NCBI GenBank assembly: GCA_008632985.1
Contig: QPGO01000078.1
Location: forward strand, 1-64,000
DNA: 64,000 bases
Direction: 5' to 3'
DNA from: Psammoneis japonica
Taxonomy: Eukaryota
Shown piece after piece: positions 9,480-21,800 of the stretch (its first letter is position 1; each line of letters begins with the position of its first letter). The notes beneath the pieces were generated by a model. The model saw only the letters and a program-made list of their open reading frames with translations. It was not told the DNA's origin and ran no database searches. The position numbers and the translations under genes were made by a program.

Positions 9480-12400
9480 CTAAGATGGTTGTGTGGATCG
9501 CTTCTTTCTTCGTGGGCTGGAGAGGCTGACGATGGAAGAATCGATGCTACCCAGAGTTGAGGCTGACACTTGACCAAGCACTTGGTCCTGCAACTGAGAC
9601 AAGTTCTCGTGCTGTGAGGCGGCAAAGTTGCGGGAACAATCCACAGTGCACTGCTGTCGGCCTCCAGACCTTGACTCTGTTGTCCCATGACAGAACGGCA
9701 TCCTCGTCTGCTTTTTCAGACGAGCCACATCAACCCCGTCCGATGCATGTTCCTTGTCAAACAATTCTTCCTTTCTCTTTTTTCGAGCATCGTAAAAACC
9801 AGGAACCTTGTTGAGATGCTCTCGACCCTTTGTCACCATGGTGAGATGCCAGTCTCGAGCAGCAGCAGTTTCCATGCCCTCAATGGCTACGTCTGCGGGG
9901 AAGGCCCGTTCGAATTTCTGCTTCTGTCGCCGTCCAGGATTCATTTGTTTTATCCTGTCTCTTGACACCTTGCATTCTGCCGAGAGAATTTTTTTAGTGT
10001 GCGCACCTTTTATTTTCTTCATCTCTTTCTTGCTGTCCGACATGTGCTTTTTGACAAAATTGTCACGAGCATCTTCAAGCTCTTCGAGGGTCGCTCGAGG
10101 TGGCTTTGGAAGTGCCTTTTGATTGACGGGGTTGGGGTTGCTCTTGTTGAAGGGATCAGCTTTGTGACAATCAAGGGCAGCCATTTCTCCCAGTTCAGCG
10201 AGGAAGCAGTTCATGGGATCAACTCGGTGCTTCCCTTTTGGCGTCCACATCGCCTGAGGTTCCTCCTTTCCAAGAATTTCCGGTGGGCTATCATGGCGCA
10301 CTCCTAGGCAGTTCACATCCCACAACTGACAGACCATGGTGCAAAACGTACGACCAAGATTTAGAGGCCTGTCACTCTTCGGAATGGAACTCAACAAGTG
10401 TCGCTTCGAGAGACGCCCTGGTTCTTCCTTCAGATTCGTGTTGCGGTTCACATTTCTTGTGGCAATGATTTTTTTCACATTCATCTGCATTCTGATGATA
10501 GAAAGTAACTTCTCAAAGTTAGATGTACATTGTAGCAGCATGGTGCATCAACTTTGTTGACGCACCTGTCAATGCACTCCTCTTTCAGTTTCGAGTTTCC
10601 CAAGTCTTGCGTGCCGCATCCGATTGAGGTGTCCTTCTGTTGGAATTCTTGGTGTCGATCGGCGCACACAACAGCTCCTTGTTCTGTCTTCTTGAACACC
10701 GCAAACTTCTTGAACATGGCTTTGTCTTTTTCAGACATGGTGCACTCTCGCTTTGCGTCTTCCTCGGCGATCCTCATGTGTCCAGTGGCATTTGCAATCG
10801 AAAAAATGTTGGCGGCAACAAACATGTCTCCGTCTCCATTGCCATCCCCTGCATCAGATTCAGCAACTTGGTGCATGATGCACATGAGGGCAGTGTTGAC
10901 ATCACACTCGTTTGTCGACTCTTCCGGGCATGCCGCCATTCACTTCCGGACGCAATCTTGGAGCTCAACAGGAGAGAACTGGATTTTGCCGTCCCTGTCT
11001 AGCTTTGACCCATTCACCCTCATCCATGCCATGACACCAACACAAACATGGGCGTTGAAACACTCAAACAGCTCGTCGTCGTGTTGGTTTGGGTTTGGAG
11101 GATCGCACAGCCACATGACCTTTTTCAAAGTCGGGCGCCATGCCAATGCCAAGTCCTGAAGTCGGATCTTTCCGATGTTCCTCATGCCTCTCCTTTCGGC
11201 GGACTTTTTACCTCAATGGAAACCTCCACAACAAACCAGAAGCATGTCACACACACCGGGGTTTTCAGTCTGCATGGACAACATTTGTGCTCCTGGCTGT
11301 CCATCCACACAGAAACACAAGTGTCCCCCTGCCATTGATGGTGCGTCGGGATTGCCATCCTTCAAAGCACACCAATCCTCGCCTGCGGTGTTCATCCAGT
11401 GTCATGCAGCACATTTTGCTCTCTCTTCCACTCCTTCCTTTTTTTTTGCTGGATTCTCTGGGATGCACGTGTCGGGGAAGGCATTGTTCAAATCGCACTT
11501 GTCCTCACCCTGGACATGAAGGATCCTCGTGCGCAGCTGAGGGGCATTGCAATCAATGAGACGATGCGTGCCACATTCTCCATGACCTAAATTCACATCA
11601 TCAACAACGCATCGTTTCCCTGTCTCAATGATGGTCTTCATTGCCGGAAAGTCCCCAAACAAGTCCATGAAGTTTCGAACCAATTTACCTTTCAGATTGT
11701 GCATGATCGTGCAGCGAGAATCTTGGGGCAAGAGATCTTCCGGTGTGAGTGTCCGTCTTGTTGTTTCCCATCTGTTTTGTTCATGAGAAAGTCCGGCCGT
11801 AAGCTCCTTTGCTTCTTCCTCCTTGTTCACTGTCACCTGCTGGGTTGTGAAATGGTGCATGGCAGTGCACCCGTCTGTGACAAGCCTTTTGTCAAGATTG
11901 TCCAAACTGATCCCCAACTGATCACCTTTCTGAATGTCGAGTTGGCGCACAAATTCATCATCTGCCTCAGCAATGTCCTTGCATCGAACGGAACTTCTTG
12001 AGAGGGAGAGACCCCAATTGTGGAAGCAAAAACTCTTGGTGCTTGACGATGACTTGGAAAGGACCTCTGCTGAAGTCCTTTGGAAAGGCGTTGGTTCATT
12101 GCTCGCAACATTTCTGATGAGCTCTGCGCAGACGAATGCCTTGTTGCGAATTCTCTTTGTCACATCTGTCACTTTTCCACAGTCTTGCTCTCTTGAGCCT
12201 GTCATCAGGTGCTCCATAAAAAGATTCAAGAGGCTCTTGTCATTGTTGGCAAACCCTTGTAGCTCATCTATAGAGCCGTTCCAATGGAGAGCCGGATCTC
12301 GGCATTCCGCTTCAGGCTGCACCAAGAAAGCATGAAGTGCCAAAGCAAGTGAACAAAAATCGGTCTTCACATCTGCAGAGAAACATCCCAACTCAGCTGC

Positions 12401-12877
12401 CCGCAAATTTGCAAAAAACGACCATCCGCGTGCACCAGTGGCAACTCCATCCCCCCCTGTCGCAACTGCAAAAACCACTTCGTTCTTTTGTTCACGCGAA
12501 GGAAGACACAAGAAATCATCAAGAGCTTCAAAGCCATCAATGTCAAAATGTGAGCATGAAGACTCTTGCTGTGTGACTCTAGTGCCAGACTCTCTGCTTC
12601 GTGGCGTAACTGCTCTTGACCCATCGGATTCTCTGGGAGCATTTTCTCGAGCTAGCGTGTCTCGGCAAGCAACGCACTTGTGGCAGTCAGCACGGCTGTC
12701 ACAGCTGGGACAAATGGGCCCTTCACAAAGTCGCTGTGCATGCATTTCTCCAAAGCAGTGCGGGTACAAATGGCACCCACACGGACGCATGGTGAAGCAC
12801 GTCTTGCTCTTCAGTGCTTCTTGACACGCCGTATTTCCACAGCTTTCTGGGGAGGCAGCCTTCCTTTTTGATGACAT
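9480..12877 (-). pseudogene. Large transposase-like protein with N-terminal RING-like finger (DUF6589-like DNxD...DG.P...GGFH...D..QE), fragmented
   Basis: CGCHLYPHC...CPSC, LGISLDNLD, CVDGQP, VCCGGFH and ADRHQEFQQKD occur in order across ORF fragments. Superfamily is uncertain. Confidence 0.55.
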
Positions 12878-13018
12878 GACAATCTTCCACAGTGCCAAAC
12901 AGTCTTCTTGTGGAGTGTGACAAGTGATTGGAGCAGAGGATTGAGCTGCACAACGACTGTGCACTCTCCATCGGACGCAACAGTGTTTGTGGTCATGCAT
13001 CTTTCATCGAGAAAAAAT

Positions 13019-13084
13019 CAAAAAATCAAAATTGCTGCATTTCCAGGTTGCGTGTCCCTCCGCATTTGTGGGGTCCCACTGTGA
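13019..13084 (-). repeat. Right TIR (TpA-mutated)
   Basis: Reverse complement is tcacagtgggaccccacaaatgcggagggacacgcaacctggaaatgcagcaattttgattttttg, 60/66 identical to the left TIR. Confidence 0.92.
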
Positions 13085-14673
13085 GATTGGTGGGTAGACT
13101 GCGTGCCGGTGACCCTTGCCACCTTTCGAGCGGTGAGCATCTTTGTTTTGGTCCAATGCAGCCTGAACCCCTGAAAAAGGGGTGGACAATTTCGGACCGC
13201 CTCGTGCAACACAAGGTTGCTCTTGGTGGCAGTTGTGAGGTTCTTTGGGCACGGGGACAATCCTGCATCAGGGAATGGTCGGACAAATTCATGGAACCCA
13301 CCCCACTGTCTCTTCTCAATGGCCACAAAGAGAGCAATGTCAATCATTGAATCGAGCTGCAGTGAAGAGTTGTCACTGTTGTCAATGACTGTGACAGGCA
13401 ATGAGGACAATCCCTCCTGGATGTCATCACATGCATCAAATGCACCGTGTTCTTCAGCTGCAGGGTCTTCTTCTCAACAATGACACCGGATTGCACCCCT
13501 CCCATCTGACACTTCAGATCCAATTGTCCAATCTTGAAGATGTGTTCCTGTCCTTTCAACCACCCCTGAGCAAGTTTCTTCCCTGCCTTTGTCTGGCTCA
13601 ATGCCTCATGTTTGCTGTTGAGGCATGCCTTGCACTGGGGGTTGTCTTCTGCAGCGCTGGCATTGCTGCGCCGTCTGCCACTGGCTTCTCTGGCAATGAC
13701 CCAACTTCGTCTGGGAGCACTCGGCAATTTGACAGTTGCTGATGGGGTTTGAGTTGCCAGGAGTTGGTGTGGTCATTTGCACAATGCTGTCTGGCAGACC
13801 ATGGTCTGGCTGCTGCATTGTTGATCACAGTTCTCTTGCTTTGATCAACAGCAAAAACATGATGGATTGCTGGTCTCCTTCATTTGTGCTGTGCTGTGCA
13901 GTGCAGAAAGAAAACTGCATCCACTGAAATGAATGACCAAGCCATGGCCCATTGACATTTTGGTCCCCGGCAACAGAGTTGGTGATGGTCATGAGAAGGC
14001 ATCTTTGTCGCCCAAACTTGACTTTGTGCGACACTGACTGTGTGGTGTCAATGTCAGCCCAGGTGGACCAAGACTCAAGAGTGGTCAGTCGCTGCTTTTT
14101 TTGCTCAAATTTGGTGGAACAGCTCTTGATTTGTATGATTTTTCCTGAATTTCACAGTCCTTCACAATGGTGAAAACAACAAGCCACAAAGTCTGTGATG
14201 GAGGTGGTCTGATCACAAACTCTTGTTTGTTTGTGTTCCTTTTGCATCAAAGATTACACACACATCAAAAGTTTGCAGATGCCCCACTGCATTTTCAAGA
14301 AAGATCAATGATTGCATCATCATCATGCTTTGATTGTGGTGCACAATGTTCTCATTTCCTTGTGCAATCCGGTGTGAATGCAAGCAATTTTTGCACTCAA
14401 AAATGAACACTGCAAATGATCTCATTCAAATGCCATGACAATTTTAGGATGAATGCGGCAATGACCCCCTTGATGGTTTTTACATGGGGCCAGGGTCAAC
14501 TTGGAATTAAGGTGGTGCAGGTGCAAAGGTGGGCCAGATTCTGCGTGTGCAGAACTTAGCACATTTTCTACACAAATTGCCAAAGTCACCTTGCCAACTT
14601 GAGCCCTTTCCCAGACGATGGAAACTTGAACATTTCACACAACGAAGTGTCCAGGCTGCTCAGTTTCACTCCC

Positions 14674-14843
14674 CTCAACTTGTTCATTGAGAGAAACTGC
14701 AAGTTTTCATGCATTTTTGAAGATGTGCACTGAGTCCACTGGCAATCAGAAAGGCACCAAAATTGGGAAGTTCAAGTTTCATGGAGCTGTGGCAAATGAT
14801 GAATGCCTGAAAACTTGCAGTTTCTCTCAACAAACAAGTCAAG
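14674..14843. mobile_element. 170-bp MITE-like element with 42-bp inverted arms
   Basis: 14674-14715 and the reverse complement of 14802-14843 differ only by two CA/TG swaps and one transversion. Confidence 0.7.
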
Positions 14844-14859
14844 CCATCAACATGTGGAG

Positions 14860-15830
14860 GTCTCTTTTTGCACAAGCTTGCATTTTTTTAAAACTGGATG
14901 CTTTGCACAAAATGCACGCACTCGTTGCCAAAATAAAAATTTCAGTGACAGGCCCAACTTCCAACTTTGTCCATTCACAACAAGACACCACAGAGTGCAC
15001 AGACAATGGTCATGACCATGCATGATCTTGGACTTGTTGAGTGTGGACATGTCCACAGCCAGTCAAACACCAATTGTTGGCATTTCCTCCTGGAAAGTTG
15101 TGGCTCACCTCCCACAAGCAGTGTGATTTTGGAGAAAAACAGTGGCACTTTGAACCTGACAACTGCACCAAATCCAACAACTGGCATTTGAAGGTTGAGA
15201 AGTGCAGTTCACACACAGGTCTGACAGCCCTGATGGGGGCTGGACAAACTTGCAACAAGTGTTTTGGGGTTCTCAGAGGTGTCTCCGCAAAATGACAAGG
15301 GCAGTGCACGAGAAAATTCAAAATCACAAGCTTTTTGAGAAAACATCTCTGCACATCAATCCTGCCTTGAGGATGGATTGTTCATTTGCGGTTGATTTTT
15401 TATTTGGAGCTTGCACTTTTCCACAAAAACCCGGATTCCTTGCACCAATTGCACGCGTTCACCAAAACAACATTTCAGCAACAGGTCAAACTTTGTCTGT
15501 TTGCAAGACAACACAGAATGCACATGTGATGGTTGCGACCATGCATGATGTGCAGCTTGGCAACTGGGTGTGCAGACATGTCCACAGCTGGTCAAATGCC
15601 AGTTGCTCCTGGCATTTCATGGAAAGTTGTGGCTTGTCCACCACAAGCAGCCAGCCCGATTTTGGCAGAAAATGGTGGTTTGTCACGCACAACAACCAAG
15701 GCAAATGCAACAATTGGCATTTGAAGGTTGACATGGTGTGCAGTTCACACAGAGGTCTGACAGCCCTGATGGGGGCTGGACACACTCATGTGTTTGGGGG
15801 TGCTCAGAGGCGTCACAAAATGATGGTTCT
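14860..15830 (+). repeat. Diverged tandem duplication, unit about 530 bp
   Basis: Shared blocks in both halves, e.g. gaccatgcatgat, gacatgtccacagc, ggaaagttgtggct, ggcatttgaaggttga and ggtctgacagccctgatgggggctggaca. Confidence 0.8.
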
Positions 15831-16177
15831 GTTTTTGCCTTGGACTTAACTGCAGACACCGCATGGCTTGCATTTGTGAACACACAACAAAAGAGTGAGT
15901 GCAACGATCTGTCAATGCACCAGTTTTCTGAACACAATCCACCATGCTTCTGTTCTTTTCATGTTTTACACTGTTGATCACAATGCTGTTCACTGGATTG
16001 ACTGGTGTTGTCATTGTTTGACAAAAGCTGTCATAAAAATGGGGCGCAAATGCTTCAAGGCAAATGCATGAGAGGGGGCATGGGAATTGCCAATGCACCA
16101 TTTTCATTCATGCATTTAGCGTGCACATGTGATGAAGCATCATTTGTGCTTTTTCCCCAGGAACTCACGCTTCCCGT

Positions 16178-16464
16178 GGAACAACATGGCAAAAGGTGGC
16201 AATCCCGGGGAATTTTGGGGATTCCCACGGTGAAACCAAACTGAGCATTAAAAAAAACAGTGCATGACAATGACCCATCCTTCAATTGCTTTCTGCTCTG
16301 AACTTGCAGCTGCACATTGTGGAGCAACATGGCAAAAGGTGGCAATCCTGGGGAATTTTGGGGATTCCCATGGTGAAACCAAACTTGGCTTTAAAAAAAA
16401 ACAGTGCGTGACAATGATCCATCCTTCAATTGCTTTCTGCTCTAAACTTGCAGCTGCACATTGT
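16178..16464 (+). repeat. 143-bp tandem duplication (2 copies)
   Basis: Copies start at 16178 and 16321. Differences include three CG versus TG/CA and one TA versus TG. Confidence 0.9.
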
Positions 16465-16844
16465 CAGTGTGCTTTCATTGACCACTCAGTGGTCTGGTTG
16501 GATGGAAGCTTTGTGCATTTGTCCCATCTGTCCTGTTCATCTCCTGAAGATGTGCAGATGGTCACCTGAAGACAGACGCACTGTTGCACCTGCGTGTCTT
16601 GATTTGTCACACATGCCGGTGGATCACATGGCAATGCTGGCAGCTTCGGCCATTGCGTGGTCAATGATGTGCACACGGGTTGATCTTTTTTCAAGAGTTT
16701 TTGCCCACACCATCTAAACCAGTGCAGCAAGAGGCACTGACTGTGACAACATGGAACACAACTGTCTGGGTTTCTTCTGGCCACTTCAACACTTGAGCCA
16801 GGCATCCTGATCCTGCCTGCATTGCTGTCCCTTTGCTCTGCCAA

Positions 16845-18100
16845 ATGTCAAACTTCAACACCCCAGATGAAGAGAAACAGCAACACCAACATGAGCCTTT
16901 GGATTTGTCTGCATTGCTGACAGCTTTGGAAGCTGGAGATGAAGATGTGATTTCTGTTTGGCAACAACTGGTTGAATTTTTGACTCTTGGAATGGTGCAC
17001 AAGCCAGTCCTTCTGGCAGGAATGTTGGCTTTCTCTGTGGAATTGACAAGAGTCACTTCCAGATCATCACATTGCAAAATGATGGACCTGCTGGACAGTG
17101 AGTGGATGACATTTTCGGAAGCCAACTTTTCCATGGTGTCACAAAATTGGGAGGCTTTCATTGGCCAGAGAATGGCTCTTGATGCCAATGTTGCAACTTT
17201 CTTCAACACAACCAGACAAGAAGCCCTTGACTTGTCCACAAGCATTTCCAAAAGCCCAAATTGAATGCTGGTAATGGCTTGACACCTGTGCAATTGTGCT
17301 TGTTTGACAAGATGGCAAACTTTGCAGACAAGGTGCATTCATGTCCCAAAAATGGTGAAATTAAAAATGCTGTGCTTGGATTTACTGGCGTGCAGCTGCT
17401 GCTGTGCTTGGCATGCCATCTGAGACTCAACAAGACAGGCTTGCTTTCTGCAAAGCAGTCTGTGGGAGTGTCAGAGAAGGAAATTCATCCGCAACACCGG
17501 CCTCTGGGACAAATTGGCCCCCTTCAATTTGCTGTCATTTTTGAGAAAGAGGAGTGGTTTGACAAGAAACCTGGTGTTGTTGTGTTGCCAGTGATGGAGG
17601 CTGATCAAGCCTGGAACTGGAATGGTGGCCATGCAAGATTGTCATCATGTGTGAGGATGTTGCCAGAAAAGCCAGCGCTTGAGCCATTGCAAGCAGGATT
17701 GGTCTAACGTTGATGAGCCGAACCCAATTCAAGATGCAAGTGCTGGCAACATCAGAAAATCAGCCTCACTTTTGTGCCACGTAACCAAAGCATCAGCCTT
17801 TTTCTTGGAACACAAAAACAGGCCTGATGGTGGAGGGGGTGCTGTGCTTTGGAGAAAGTTCCATGTTGAACTTGAAATGACTTGACTCACCTCAGCTGTG
17901 GTGATGCATCTCCTCCCAGAGGACAACCTTTGAGGCAGGATCTTGGTGGTGATCCCCAGAGCAGAGTGTCCAGAAGGAAAGATTGTGGTGATCAAGGTGA
18001 AGACATCATTGCAGTGCACCCAGACCCGTTGCTGCTTGCTTCCAAGTCATCTGTTGACTGGACTTGATGCTTCCATTTCCCGATGATGGCAGAAGCCAAG
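16845..18100 (+). pseudogene. Degenerate copy of a diatom hypothetical multigene-family protein
   Basis: WFDKKPGVVVLPVM...WNGG and HPDPLLLASKSSVDW resemble a recalled diatom family. Frameshifted and mutated. Confidence 0.3.
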
Positions 18101-18888
18101 CCATCTGAAATTCCAGCAACAGGAGACTGCCTTGATGACACAATTTTCCTTCCAATGAAGCATCCAAAGCATCAGTTTTCTTGAGCTTGTGTTGGATTGA
18201 ATCCATTGCATGGCAATGCCTCTTGCCACCACTGCAGAAACTGTTCAGTTGCAGCAGCTGATTGTTTCTGCTCTCACGGCTGCTGCCATTGTCCCTTGCA
18301 TGCAGGTGCTCCATGTGGACTCAAAAAGGCTGTTTTTGACTGACTCCTTCTCCAATGACTCACTCAAGAAAAAACTCAAATGACGACAAAGGATGGCCTC
18401 TTGTTGTTGATTGCAAGCAATTGGATGATTTTTGTGACAGTTTGATCAGTTGTGAATGCTTGACTGGTCCCCAAGATTGTGCACTTGAAGGTTTTGCAAA
18501 GATTGAAGAGGCACTTGAGAAAACTGCCAGGAACTTTTGTGCTTGAATGTCACCAAAATGCCACACTTTTGTGTGCAATTCATTTGTTTTTGCCTCTCCA
18601 TCTTCCTCCCTTGTGGTTGCACCCATCTGTTCTGATGACTTGGCATCCCACGTTGTGTGGCTGGAGCAGGTTGCAAGCAGATGAGACATTGTGTCATGAA
18701 AAGACAAAATGTCCAACAACATCGATTGTGCCACTGCAGCCCAGCACAGACTTGCTGTCAATGACAATGGTGGAACACAAGAATGTGGGAAAGCATGTGG
18801 CATCAAGAAGAAGATTGAAGTCCAGATGGTCTGTCAATTGCCACAAGACACTTCAGAGAGTGGAAGGCTGAATGCTTGCACACCGATG

Positions 18889-21800
18889 TGTGACATGGTC
18901 TTCAACACATTCATGCATCAACATGCCTCAAGCTGTGAGACACAAACACCCGACAAAAGACCGCCATCAATGAATGGGCCAATCACAGATGACACAACAA
19001 TTTTGAAGTTTGCCAAACAGCTGTTTCTCATTGTCTCCATGAACCAAAAGAGCATCTGCTGTTTGCCTGCAAAGACTTTGAACAATGGCATCAAGAATGG
19101 CTGAATTGTTTCACCAAACTCAGAGGAAACCACTGATTTAAAGATGATCCAGTGTGGGGTGAGATTCTCTCATGCTTTTGATCATTTCAAGAGTTGACTG
19201 GAGATGATGTGAAGGAAATCAATGAGAGCACATGGTTGCATCTGGGCTCAGTGCAGTGGAAACAGACATCCCAAGCAATGAAACCTGCGTTGTTGCCACC
19301 AATCTTGACAGGAATGCTGTCAATGATGGAATTTTCAAGAAGGTGCCAGAAGAAACACATTCAAAATCTCTTGCACAGCCACCTCCTCCAACCCCCACAG
19401 CCACCCATTGGCCATGTGGTCCTGCTCTGAGAGCAAGCAACAACCTCAAATGGGAAAAAAGTGGAACACCAGGTGCAAGCATGTGGATTTTCAAGATCAG
19501 ATGTCCAAGGACATTTTGTCTGCAGCCTGTCCAGATGCTCATGTCAAGCAAGCTGGGGATGAACCAACAGGCATGTGGACTCACTTTTCAAGCTTTCCCA
19601 TGGCCATTGCCCTTTCTGATGATGAGCCTCAATGAGAACATGGAGATGAAGAAAGCCAGTGGCACTGTTGACATTTTTGAGGTTTCTGTGGATGATTCAG
19701 AGTTGATGAGGTCAGGAGTGATGGTCATTGGGTGAGGTCAGCCTGTGTTTTACAAGTTGAGTCCATTGTCTTGAGGCATCTGCTCATGAGAAAAATGCTT
19801 GTTTCATGTGGCTCCAAGGAGAGAAACCGGTGTTGTCAACTTTCCTGTTGCTGTGATGGGTTTTGTTTGCAAGAAAATTCTAAGAATCAGTCAGAGGATG
19901 TGTCACAGATGACCCAGTTCCCAGCTTTTGTGCTGCAAGACAATGGCTGTGCACCACAAGCTCCAGCAGGGGGAGAGCACAACTGTGAGTCTGGTTTTCT
20001 CAACAACTTTGGCTGCAGAGACAACTGGGTTCTTGTGGTTCTGTCTAGAGTGACAACAAGAAAGGGACGTTGTGCATTTGCTCAGTGCAACCTCAGCTGA
20101 TTGACAGCACCCTGAAAGACCTTGGCTTTGTCAACAAAAATGGCTCTCCTTGGAAGGGCATGACCACCAGAGATGCTCCTGCATTGTCTGTGTGTCTCAT
20201 TGGGCCCAATTTTGGCAGCCCAAAATTTGATTGTGATCTCAACTGTCACTTGGTCATGGGCAAAGCAAACTTCCTGGAGAAGTCTGCTTGACCTGAAATT
20301 GCATGCTCAACTCACCAGTTGGCTTGTTTCACCACCAACATGAAGCTGTCACACAGAGCAGCCCTCAAAGACAAAGGACACTGACTCAGGACACAACTGA
20401 CCAAACAGATGGTGAAGGGGGGCACCTCTCTTGAGGTTGTGCAATGCAGCACAGAGGACAACAATTGCAGCAGGCAGACAACAAGATGTGCTAAAGATGC
20501 ACATTGTGAGAAGATTTCGCAGTTGACTGGAGATGACATTTTGACCTGATGGTCATGTGTGTCACTCCAATTGCTGTTGCCAGAAGACTCAGTGGATGTT
20601 TCTTCCAGAAGTGGAGATTGATGACCGGAAGCATCATCCACAAATCAGCCTTGGTGTTTGACTCATGACTCTCCCTCTCAAACAAGAAGAGAAGGAGGAC
20701 AAACAGTCACCAGCTCATGAGGGCTTTACGACCAATTTGGAATGGATCAGCAGCCAATCCTTTGGCAAACTGGTCGGCAAGCCAGGCAGCAGAGCTGACA
20801 GGCTCAATCTTGATCTCTAAAGCTTCAACCTCATGTGAAACCATTGGTGCAAAATGCTGGTGCACTTGGTTCATGGGGACAATTTAGGCACAAAAGCAAA
20901 TTGGAGGCAAGCAGCATTGTCTTCATGTGCAACAGATCATGGCAGGTTGGCAGTGTTGATGGGTGAGGCATTGGCACCATTGTTGGCCTCTGTGGGAATG
21001 CCTTGGAGTGGGCAGTTGCCTCATTGCAAGCACCCGGTTGCACAAAGACATGCGTGTCAATTTCTTTCAAGATCTTGCAAAGGGGGATGAGATCACACAT
21101 TGCTTGGGAAGAGTGCAACACACTTGGCTTCCATTGCAGAAAGTGCTGCCAGGGTCTGCAGCTTGGACACCCAGATGATGGGACATCTCAATGGATGACA
21201 TGACCGGTGCATGACTTGACAGAAGTGGGGGTTTGTCCATCTTCAGTGCTGAAGAGTCCTGCAAAATGAGCATCAACACAACAATCATGCCAATGAACAG
21301 CAGCAGTGGGTGCTGGGATGAGACCCTTGCATGTCAGCAGTGTCCTTCAAGCACCAAAGAATGCACTTGATGGCAACAGCATGGGAGGCCTTGGGAGCAA
21401 AGGTAAACCAAGCAACTTGGTGGGCAGTGCAGGCAATGTCTGGGCAGCTGTTGGATGCCAGACACATCAACATGCCAACCATGGAGTGACAGTCACAAGG
21501 TTCATTGAATGGCAGGCCTTCAGAATTGCTGTCAACAGGTGCAGGAAGTGCAGGAGCAGGAGCTCCATTGCAGTTTTCCATCTTGGCGGTGTGCAGCACT
21601 TTCTCAATTGGGCCAGGTTGGGTTGGCAGGAATTGGCTGTCCTTGAGTTTCTGGATTTTGACACCCAAAAAGTCACCAACTTTGCCTTCATCATGCAGGT
21701 TGAAGACATGGCATTGCTCATCATTGGAGACACCCAATTTGGCAATCTCAGCTTCAAGTTCTTCAGATGATGCTCTGGCAAATGCCTCTCTTGAGGTTGT

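Larger units (their letters stand above)
8004..13084. mobile_element. 5,081-bp DNA transposon with 66-bp TIRs, candidate 4-bp TSD (GATT) and two convergent ORFs
   Basis: TIRs at 8004-8069 and 13019-13084. GATT at 8000-8003 and 13085-13088. Interior is TpA-depleted. Confidence 0.88.
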
